A stretch of 64,000 bases of DNA from Gemmatimonadales bacterium (GTDB taxonomy: Bacteria; Gemmatimonadota; Gemmatimonadetes; Gemmatimonadales; GWC2-71-9), in contig JBGATI010000017.1 in NCBI GenBank assembly GCA_044229245.1, positions 16,830 through 80,829 of the forward strand. Reading direction: 5' to 3'. The notes under the pieces are model-generated. The model searched no databases and had not been told where the DNA came from. It saw only the letters and a list, made by a program, of their open reading frames with translations. Shown here in pieces: positions 8,649 through 15,970 of the stretch. The position numbers were made by a program, and so were the translations under genes. Positions within the stretch are counted from its first letter, which is position 1. Each line of letters begins with the position of its first letter.

Positions 8649-9047
8649 GACCGGTGCACGCCGCGCAAATGCCGGCGCACTCATCTCAAGGACCGGAGTT
8701 CTCAGTGCGAAGCCGTGCGCAGTCGTTTTGAACCCATGCGGACTCATCTCGAACCCATGCGCACTCATCTCAAACGCCGGTGCACTCCGCGGAAATGTTG
8801 GCGAACTCCGCTCGAATGACGGCGGACTCGCTGTGAAGGGCGGCGCACTCACGTCAAACCCCGGCGGACTCATCTCGAACGCCGGCGCACCCCGCGGAAA
8901 TGCTGGCGGACTCGTTGCGAACGGCGGCGAACGCATGTCGAGCGGGGGCGCAGCCATTTCCGGCGGCGGCGCACCGCCCGTGAACCGCTGACTACGCTCC
9001 GGGAAGGCGTGACCACGCTCCGCGAATGCCGGAGCATCCCTGTCTCC
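8649..9047. repeat. Array of 19 head-to-tail, diverged 21-bp direct repeats (consensus nnnnGGCGsACTCnnnkCrAA), strictly in register
   Basis: Units counted by hand: 8649-8669, 8670-8690 ... 9027-9047. Column 6 is G in 19/19, column 10 is A in 18/19 and column 13 is C in 18/19. Columns 1-4 and 14-18 are almost free. The array fills the ZIP/GH57 intergenic region. Confidence 0.85.
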
Positions 9048-9118
9048 CCCCGGTCCAGCGACCGGGAGACCCCGACTCCTTCTCCCCCGCCGCGTTGCCT
9101 TCGCGTACCTTTCCCGCC

Positions 9119-11065
9119 ATGCCTAATCCCATCCGCTTCGTCTTCGGCGTCCACCTGCACCAGCCGGTGGGCAACTTCGACTCCGTCTTCCAGCAGCATC
9201 TCGACGACGTGTACCGCCCGCTCCTCGAGAAGGTGGACGAGCGCGACTTCCTGCCGATCGTGCTCCACCTTTCCGGCCCCCTGCTCGAATGGCTGGAGAA
9301 GCACGACGGCGCCTACCTCGACCTGCTCGGCCGGCTGGCGACGGACGGCAAGGTGGAACTGCTCTGCGCCGGGATGTACGAGCCGGTGCTCGCCGCCCTC
9401 CCCCGGCGCGACCGCGTGGAACAGATCGGCTGGCTCCGCGACGCGATCGCCCGCCGCTTCGGCGTCAACGCGACCGGGCTCTGGCTCACCGAGCGGGTCT
9501 GGGAACCGGAGCTCGCCGCCGACTTGGTGGATGCCGGCGTCCGCTACGCCCTCGTCGACGACCGCCACTTCCTGGTCACCGGCTTCCGCCGCGACGACCT
9601 GCACGTCCCCTACATCACCGAAAGCGATGGGCGCCAGCTCGCGCTCTTCCCGATCGACGAGAAGCTCCGCTACCTGACCCCCTTCCGCCCGCCCGCGGAA
9701 TCGGCCGCCTACCTCCGCGAGCTCCGCGCCCGCGGCAAGGCGCTCGCCGTCCTCGCCGACGACGGCGAGAAGTTCGGCGGCTGGCCCGGCACCAAGAAGT
9801 GGGTCTACGAGGAGGGGTGGCTCGACCAGTTCATCACCGCCATCTCCGCCCTGGTGGATGGCGGCGAGGTGCTGCTCACCACGCTGAGCGAGTCGCTCGC
9901 CTCTGTACCATCGGGCGGCATCGCGTACCTCCCGACCGCCTCCTACCGCGAGATGGAGGGCTGGGCGCTGCCGCCGGAGCCGGCCCGGCGATTGATCGCA
10001 TTGGAGAAGGAGCTCGGCGAGGAGCGGCTCGCGAGCCCGGAGGGCGCGCTGATCCGCGGGGCGCACTGGCGCAACTTCATGGTGAAGTACGCCGAGGCAA
10101 ACCGGATGCACAAGAAGATGGCGGCCCTTTCCGCGCTCTGTCGCGCCGCCGGCGATCCCCCCGAGGCGCGCCGCGCAATCGGCCGAGCGCAGTGCAACGA
10201 CGCCTACTGGCACGGCGTCTTCGGCGGGCTCTATCTCCCCCACCTCCGCGACCACGTCTGGTACGAACTCGCCGGCGCGGAGGCGATTCTCCGTGAGGGG
10301 GAGGAGCCAGCGTGGGAGATGCGCGACATCGACTGCGACGGCCACGAGGAGCTCTGGATCCACGACGGGACCTTCTCCGCCATCCTGAGTCCGGCGCGGG
10401 GCGGCGTGATCGAGGAGTGGACGGTGTTCGAGCACCGGATCAACTACGCCAATACCCTCACCCGACGCCGCGAGGCGTACCACGAGCCGGACACCGCGCA
10501 TGGGGCCCGCGTCAGCCATCACGACGAGACCGGCACAGCGAGTGTGCGCGATTACGAGGACCTCAAGCAGCGAAACGAGCTGCCCCCGATCGACCCGGAG
10601 CCGCGCGCCCTGATCCGCGAGCGGCTGATCGGCGCCGAAGTGGATGAGGGGATGAACTACCGGAGCGACTTCGATCCGCTCTGGAGCGTGTCAGGCGCCC
10701 GGCTCGAGATGAACGTGACGAAGGAGGCAAACGGCGTCGGCGTGAGCTTTCGCGCGGTCGAGGCGGGGGTGACGGTCTTCGAGAAGCGCTACCACTTCAT
10801 CTCCGGGGGCGGGCTCGTCGCCGAGTACCTCTGGAACGCCGCCGCGCTCGGAGGGCACGGTCTCTTCGCCCCCGAGGTGAGCTACTCCGGGCCGATGGAG
10901 ATCACCTGCACCCCGGCGACCGGGGTGTGGAGCTACGACATCGCGACGGTCGCCAAGTCGGAGAAGGAGATCGAGACGACGATCCAGGGCCGCGCGGTGA
11001 CCCCGCTCTGGCCGGTGACCGTCGGCGAGGCGCGAATCGAGATCCGGACCTCCGGCCGGTCGTGA
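9119..11065 (+). CDS. GH57-family alpha-glucan enzyme (alpha-amylase / 4-alpha-glucanotransferase-like)
   Basis: The N-terminus MPNPIRFVFGVHLHQPVGNF and WLTERVWEPEL are GH57 signatures. The start is set at the ATG at 9119; the listed ORF start at 9026 lies inside the repeat array. Confidence 0.85.
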   Translation: MPNPIRFVFGVHLHQPVGNFDSVFQQHLDDVYRPLLEKVDERDFLPIVLHLSGPLLEWLEKHDGAYLDLLGRLATDGKVELLCAGMYEPVLAALPRRDRVEQIGWLRDAIARRFGVNATGLWLTERVWEPELAADLVDAGVRYALVDDRHFLVTGFRRDDLHVPYITESDGRQLALFPIDEKLRYLTPFRPPAESAAYLRELRARGKALAVLADDGEKFGGWPGTKKWVYEEGWLDQFITAISALVDGGEVLLTTLSESLASVPSGGIAYLPTASYREMEGWALPPEPARRLIALEKELGEERLASPEGALIRGAHWRNFMVKYAEANRMHKKMAALSALCRAAGDPPEARRAIGRAQCNDAYWHGVFGGLYLPHLRDHVWYELAGAEAILREGEEPAWEMRDIDCDGHEELWIHDGTFSAILSPARGGVIEEWTVFEHRINYANTLTRRREAYHEPDTAHGARVSHHDETGTASVRDYEDLKQRNELPPIDPEPRALIRERLIGAEVDEGMNYRSDFDPLWSVSGARLEMNVTKEANGVGVSFRAVEAGVTVFEKRYHFISGGGLVAEYLWNAAALGGHGLFAPEVSYSGPMEITCTPATGVWSYDIATVAKSEKEIETTIQGRAVTPLWPVTVGEARIEIRTSGRS

Positions 11066-12369
11066 CCGGGCCGTATACTCCGGGTAGCTGGCGGGCGCGC
11101 TTCCGCTGGCCGGCGCGGCTCGCCTACGTCCTGGTCCTCCTCTTCGCCACGCTGCAGCCGTTCTACCCCGACACGACCACCGCCAACATCATGGCGCGGA
11201 TCGAGCGGGCACTGCACCCCGAGTTCGGCGGCGCCGACGTGGTGGACGCGGCGCGGAATCTCCTGCTCTTCGGCGGCTGGGGCGTCATCTGGGCGCTCAC
11301 CGCCGCGGGCAGCGCCCGCCGCACCATTCTCCGCGCCACCGGCACCGGCTTCTGCATCAGCGTCTTCGTGGAGACGCTGCAGCTCTTTTCCTGGAACCGG
11401 AATACCTCGCTCCTGGACGTCAGCACCAACACTCTCGGCGCGCTCGGCGGCTCGCTCGCGCTGATCATGCTGATCGCCTTCACCCGCCAGCAGCGCGAGG
11501 GGAAGACCCTGCTCGGCGTGCCGGCGCTGGTCTTCGCGGGCAGCTACGTCGTCGCGGTCTGCCTCGAGGCGCTGATCCCCCTCTTCTGGCACCAGACGCT
11601 GCCCGGCGCGTACGGCTGGCCGCTCGAGCGTTTCCGGGTGAGCCTCGCCGCGTTCCACTGGAGTTCGCTGCTGAGTTCCACGGTGAGCGACTTCCCGATC
11701 TTCCTCCCGGCCGGGCTCTTCGCGGTCGCCGCCGCGGCCGAGCTGGGCCTCGATCCCCGCACCGTGTTCCGCCGGGTGGCACCGGCCGGCGTGGCCCTCG
11801 TCACCGGCATCGAGCTGCTGCACGGCTTCCTCGGCATGGAGATGCTCGCCGGCTCGGTCGTGCTCCGCTCCGCCGCGATCGTGTCCGGTGCCTGGCTGGG
11901 GACGCGCCTGCTGCCGCCCATCATCGGCACCCCTGCGACGCCCGAGCGCGCCCGTCGCTTCCTGACCGGCTACGCGCTCCTCGTCGCGGCCTGGGCCTGG
12001 CGCCCCTTCCTTCCGGATCTGTCCGCGGCATCAATCCACTACAAGCTCGGTCAGCCCTGGTACATCCCGCTCGCGTCGTCCGAGTATCAGCTCGATCTCC
12101 TGAGCGTCGTGCTGGTCTGCGCGCCTTTCTTCCTGTATCTGCCGCTGGGTGCGTTGCTCGCGGCGTGGCCGCTCCGGCGCCGCGGTCTCCTCGCGGGGCC
12201 GGGACCGGCGGTCCTGCTCGCGCTGTTCCTCGAGACGATGCAGCTGGTGGTGCGGGAGCGTCAGCCCGACGTGACCGACTTTCTGGTGGCGGCGAGCGGG
12301 GCGATCATCGGCTGGGCGATCGTGCGGCGGGCAGGCTACGAGGGAGTGCTGCCGAGGAGGGACGGCTAG
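11062..12369 (+). CDS. Polytopic membrane protein with two VanZ-like modules
   Basis: The GTG at 11062 overlaps the GH57 TGA (GTGA). VETLQLFSWNRNTSLLDVSTNTLGALGG and LETMQLVVRERQPDVTDFLVAASGAIIG are VanZ-like. Confidence 0.7.
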   Translation: MTGPYTPGSWRARFRWPARLAYVLVLLFATLQPFYPDTTTANIMARIERALHPEFGGADVVDAARNLLLFGGWGVIWALTAAGSARRTILRATGTGFCISVFVETLQLFSWNRNTSLLDVSTNTLGALGGSLALIMLIAFTRQQREGKTLLGVPALVFAGSYVVAVCLEALIPLFWHQTLPGAYGWPLERFRVSLAAFHWSSLLSSTVSDFPIFLPAGLFAVAAAAELGLDPRTVFRRVAPAGVALVTGIELLHGFLGMEMLAGSVVLRSAAIVSGAWLGTRLLPPIIGTPATPERARRFLTGYALLVAAWAWRPFLPDLSAASIHYKLGQPWYIPLASSEYQLDLLSVVLVCAPFFLYLPLGALLAAWPLRRRGLLAGPGPAVLLALFLETMQLVVRERQPDVTDFLVAASGAIIGWAIVRRAGYEGVLPRRDG

Positions 12370-13868
12370 CGGCCGTACTCGGTCTCGGCTTCGAGGACTT
12401 CGAGGGCGCGCTGGCAGAGGGCATCGGCCTCCTCGTGGCTGTTGCCGATCGCGGTCAGCCCCAGCTTGCCGTACTGCGAGAGCGCGCCGATCATGTGGAA
12501 GAGCACGCCGGTCTCCTCGCGATGACTGAAGTTGAGCTGGTTGATGGTGACCAGCTCGATCAGGTCCTCGGGGAGGAGGCCGTGATACCGGGGCGACTGC
12601 AGGTTGTCGGTGGCGCGGTAGTACTTGAGCCGGCCGCTGGTCGAGTGGTAGAGCCCGCTCCCCGGGTCCACATCGCCGCCGCAGAGAAAGCGCAGCGCGA
12701 GGAATGGGTGCGTGGTTCCGCCCAGCCGGAGGTTGATCTCGATCGCGTGAATCTTCCACGCCTCGTTCGGATCGTTGCGGGTCGCCATGAAGTCGACGCC
12801 GTAGCGGGAGATGGCGCCGTAGCGCTCCAGCACCTCCCCGATCCGGATCCCCGCCTCCTGCACCGCCATCCGGTAGCCGTCGTCGGCGGGGAAGCGGCAG
12901 CCGAGGAAGATCTGTCCCGTCTCGCCGCCGAGGATCTGGTCGTGGGTCGAGAGCGCCTGCACTCCGCCAGTCGGGCTGGTGCGGAGCTGGGCGCTCGGTG
13001 AGCGGCTCTCCCTCCCCTCGATGAACTCCTCCACGATCCCGCCGCCGCGCGCGAACTTCTGGAAGTAGTCCTCCCGGTCCTCGCTCTTCGCCACGAAGTT
13101 GAGTCGCTTGAACGCCCGCTCGACCGCGGCGCGGCTCGTGGCCTCTGGGTAGGTCATCACCGCGTTGCCCTCCCCTGAGAAGCTGTCGTTGAGCTTCACC
13201 ACGGCGCGGCGGATGCCGGGGCGCTGCTGGCGGAGGTCGACGAGGCCGTCGAGCACGTCGTGTTCGTCGCGCAGGTCCTCGAAGCCGAGGGGCAGATCGA
13301 CGCCCGCTTCACGGAAGATCCGCCGGCTCCCCGACTTGGTGCCGAGGGTCGCGAGCTGCGGGTCCACGCCGTTGAGCGGGATGTCGAGCAGCACCGAGAG
13401 CTTCCGCTCGAGCGGGGTGGAATTGAAGACGCTGAGGTAGGCCTGGCTCGTGTTGGGGATCGAGGCGCGGATCCGCTCGATCAGCCGGGGCCGCTCCAGG
13501 ATCTTCTCGGTGAGCGAGCGGGGCGAGTCGTCGTGGGCGCAGAGCATCGTCAGGCGCGCCCGCGCGTGGCTCGCCGGAATCCCGAGCATGAGCTGGAGCA
13601 GATAGTCCAGGATCATCGGGTGGACCGGCTGCGAGGTCACATAGATCACCCGGGCCCGCGGATCCCGGAGCCGGATCAGGAGGAAGAGCAGTCGTTCCTC
13701 GTAGAACGGCGCGCCCTCGAGCTTGGTGAGCTCCGCCTGATCGAGCGTCAGGGATGGCACCACCACCGTCGTCGTCGGAGTGGAGGCCTCCGAGTTGAGC
13801 TGCCGCCACACGTCGGCCAGGCGTGGCTTGAGCCGCTCGAAGGCGGCCAGCTCCGCTTCGAGGCTCAA
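12366..13868 (-). CDS. ATP-grasp enzyme of the PGM1-like peptide-ligase family (pre-ATP-grasp + ATP-grasp domains)
   Basis: VVVPSLTLDQAELTKLEGAPFYEERLLFLLIRLRDPRARVIYVTSQPVHPMILDYLLQL and VVKLNDSFSGEGNA match my memory of this family. The TTG start at 13868 is uncertain. Confidence 0.65.
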   Translation of the reverse strand: MSLEAELAAFERLKPRLADVWRQLNSEASTPTTTVVVPSLTLDQAELTKLEGAPFYEERLLFLLIRLRDPRARVIYVTSQPVHPMILDYLLQLMLGIPASHARARLTMLCAHDDSPRSLTEKILERPRLIERIRASIPNTSQAYLSVFNSTPLERKLSVLLDIPLNGVDPQLATLGTKSGSRRIFREAGVDLPLGFEDLRDEHDVLDGLVDLRQQRPGIRRAVVKLNDSFSGEGNAVMTYPEATSRAAVERAFKRLNFVAKSEDREDYFQKFARGGGIVEEFIEGRESRSPSAQLRTSPTGGVQALSTHDQILGGETGQIFLGCRFPADDGYRMAVQEAGIRIGEVLERYGAISRYGVDFMATRNDPNEAWKIHAIEINLRLGGTTHPFLALRFLCGGDVDPGSGLYHSTSGRLKYYRATDNLQSPRYHGLLPEDLIELVTINQLNFSHREETGVLFHMIGALSQYGKLGLTAIGNSHEEADALCQRALEVLEAETEYGR

Positions 13869-14100
13869 CTGGTTGGCGTATGGTGGATGCGGGAGCAGAG
13901 CGGCCTTTTCCTGGGGTCGACTTGCCCAAGGTAAGGCGAATCGGGGCGTCCGGCTATGACGCGAAGAATGAAGATCGGCTTAGATAGGGCCGAGGCATGC
14001 CCCGGCCATGCAGCTTCACAATTCCCGGCTAGCAGACTCGGCAAAGCGATCCCGTCGGGTGGCCGGGGGCGGTCGCAACAGCGATAGGCGGGAGAAGGCG

Positions 14101-14133
14101 AACGACCCCCCGGCGTCCGGCCGGAGGGTCGTT
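14101..14133 (-). terminator. Hairpin directly after the stop of the Big_2/propeller gene
   Basis: AACGACCC / GGGTCGTT is a perfect 8-bp stem around a GC-rich self-complementary loop. The U-tract is weak. Confidence 0.4.
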
Positions 14134-14148
14134 GTGTTCTTCGGGCTC

Positions 14149-15867
14149 CTACTGCACGAAGTCGACCCAGCCGCCCTCGTTGGGCACGATCAGGACCCCG
14201 TCGCTGCTGATCGACATCCGCCGCGGAATTCCACCAACGCTCAGCGTGAATACCGACGAGCCATTGGTACGGTTGATCGCGTAGACCGTCCCGGAACCCG
14301 AGGCACTGATGTAGAGGGTGTTCCCGCTGAGCGCGAGGCCGTAGGCACCCGGGATGGAGATCGGGGTGCCCTTCACCCCGGTGCCGAGATCCCAGGGAGC
14401 GACGGACCCCGCCGCCTCGTTCGCGACGTAGAGCTTGGACCCATCCGGCGCGATGGCAAGCGCCTGACAGCCGCCACCGTCGTTGAAGCTGCGGACCACC
14501 GTCATGGTGGTCCAGTCCACCTCGTCCACCAGGCCGGACCCGTTGTTGCTGACGTAGAGCAGGTTCTGCGTCGGGTGGATCGCGAAGTGGATCGGCGTGC
14601 TGGCCGCAAGCGAGTCGATGACCGCGAGTGACGACGCATTGAGCCGGTACAGCCAGTTCGAGGTGCCGACGAACAGGTAGGCCCCGTCGGAGGAGACGGC
14701 AGTCGAGAAGACTGTGCCGCCGCCGCCAAGCACGCCGGAGTAGCTCACCCCATTCGTCGCAAGGTCCACGACCGCCACCTTCGACGTGCCCCGAAGCGCG
14801 GCGTACGCCTTGGTGCCGGCGGGATTGGCCGCGACGCCAAGGGGATCGAGCAGCGTGGTCAGCGTATCGCTGAAGGCCAGGGCCGAGAGGTTGCCGCGCA
14901 TGCCATCGCTGGTCGTCGGCACGGTCACGAGCATCTCTCCCGCTGCCGTGAGGATCGAGGCATAGGCGGGGCCGGGGACGTTCACCCGGTTGACCAGCGT
15001 ACCGGGCGGCGGGGAGCCGACGTAGACCGTCACGTTCTGGACGATGGAGTTGCCGGTCACCACCACGGTCCCGCTGCCGGTCGGTCCCAGGCTGGTGACG
15101 AGCCCGGTCGGGCTCACGGTGACGAGCGCTGGCGTGCCGGACTGGTAGCTCACCGTGGGCGAGGGGATCACGAAGCCCTTGGTGTCGAACACCTGCGCCG
15201 AGAGCTGGCGGGTGCCGCCCGAGGGGAGCACCACGACCAGCGGCGAGGTCACGACGGAAGCCGGGAAGTGCACCACGTGGACCGTGCGATTCACCACGAA
15301 GGTATCGGCGACGATCGTGATGGTGGCGGTGCCGGTCTTCTGGCTGGTGGAGTAGACCAGGCCGGTCTGATCCACCTTGGCGACGGTGGTGTCCGACGAG
15401 GCGAAGGTGATCGGGCTCGTGGGCTGCACCGGCTGGCCGAGGAAATCACGCAGCTCGGCCTGGATCTGATCGAAGTCGGTGACGTTGATGAGGATCGAGT
15501 CCGGCGCGACATAGAACGACACCGCGTGCGGCGTCACCGCCAGGTCCACGAAGCTGCTGACCTGACCGAGCGCGGCGGTGATCCGCACCGTGTCGGCCGC
15601 GCCGACCGAGGTCACCAGCCCGGTGGCACTGTCCACCGTCGCGAGGGCGAGGTCGGCCGAAGTGAAATGCGCGTGCAGGCCGGAGATGGCCGTCCCGTTG
15701 GCGTCCACCACGGTCGCCGTCAGACGGACAGTATCCCCCTGCGCGACCACGGGATGATTGGGCGTGATGACGATGTTGGCGGGAACGTGCGGACCAGTAC
15801 CGTCGTCACCGCAGGAGATGAGGAGCGCACCGAGCAGGAGCCCGGCGAGCGAGCGCTGGAAGTGCAT
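14149..15867 (-). CDS. Surface lipoprotein: Big_2 Ig-like modules + YVTN/NHL-type beta-propeller
   Basis: ATG at 15867 followed by lipobox LLISC; the listed start at 15894 is an upstream TTG. Big_2-like modules are present (VVAQGDTVRLTATVVDANG). Propeller blades include LYVSNNGSGLVDEVD, LYVANEAAGSVAPWD and LYISASGSGTVYAINR. Confidence 0.8.
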   Translation of the reverse strand: MHFQRSLAGLLLGALLISCGDDGTGPHVPANIVITPNHPVVAQGDTVRLTATVVDANGTAISGLHAHFTSADLALATVDSATGLVTSVGAADTVRITAALGQVSSFVDLAVTPHAVSFYVAPDSILINVTDFDQIQAELRDFLGQPVQPTSPITFASSDTTVAKVDQTGLVYSTSQKTGTATITIVADTFVVNRTVHVVHFPASVVTSPLVVVLPSGGTRQLSAQVFDTKGFVIPSPTVSYQSGTPALVTVSPTGLVTSLGPTGSGTVVVTGNSIVQNVTVYVGSPPPGTLVNRVNVPGPAYASILTAAGEMLVTVPTTSDGMRGNLSALAFSDTLTTLLDPLGVAANPAGTKAYAALRGTSKVAVVDLATNGVSYSGVLGGGGTVFSTAVSSDGAYLFVGTSNWLYRLNASSLAVIDSLAASTPIHFAIHPTQNLLYVSNNGSGLVDEVDWTTMTVVRSFNDGGGCQALAIAPDGSKLYVANEAAGSVAPWDLGTGVKGTPISIPGAYGLALSGNTLYISASGSGTVYAINRTNGSSVFTLSVGGIPRRMSISSDGVLIVPNEGGWVDFVQ

Positions 15868-15928
15868 GCAACACGGCCGGAGAAGGGGTGGCAACCAATC
15901 TATGCCTCCCCGCTCCGGCCGCCAGTGT

Positions 15929-15963
15929 CAGGCGATCATGGCCAGGACATCCATGATCGCCTG
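15929..15963 (-). terminator. Perfect 13-bp stem hairpin (CAGGCGATCATGG N9 CCATGATCGCCTG) 8 nt after the stop of the LVIVD gene
   Basis: Read directly from the sequence. There is no clear U-tract, so this may be a processing or stability element rather than an intrinsic terminator. Confidence 0.5.
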
Positions 15964-15970
15964 GCAGGAA

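Noticed and set aside
8274-8991. Heptad-repeat peptides read across the 21-bp array (8335/8611..8991 plus strand NAGALIS-type; 8274..8957 minus strand FEMSPPG-type)
   Set aside because: The best-conserved DNA columns fall on codon position 3 in both frames and force rare A/T-ending codons. The minus ORF terminates only after 313 nt antisense to the ZIP gene, with an Arg-rich nonsense tail. The plus ORF has no RBS. They are treated as by-products of a 21-bp (7-codon) DNA repeat, although a decayed coding origin cannot be fully excluded.
8649-9047. CRISPR array
   Set aside because: The units abut directly with no spacers, are only 21 bp long and are highly diverged. No cas genes are present in the window.
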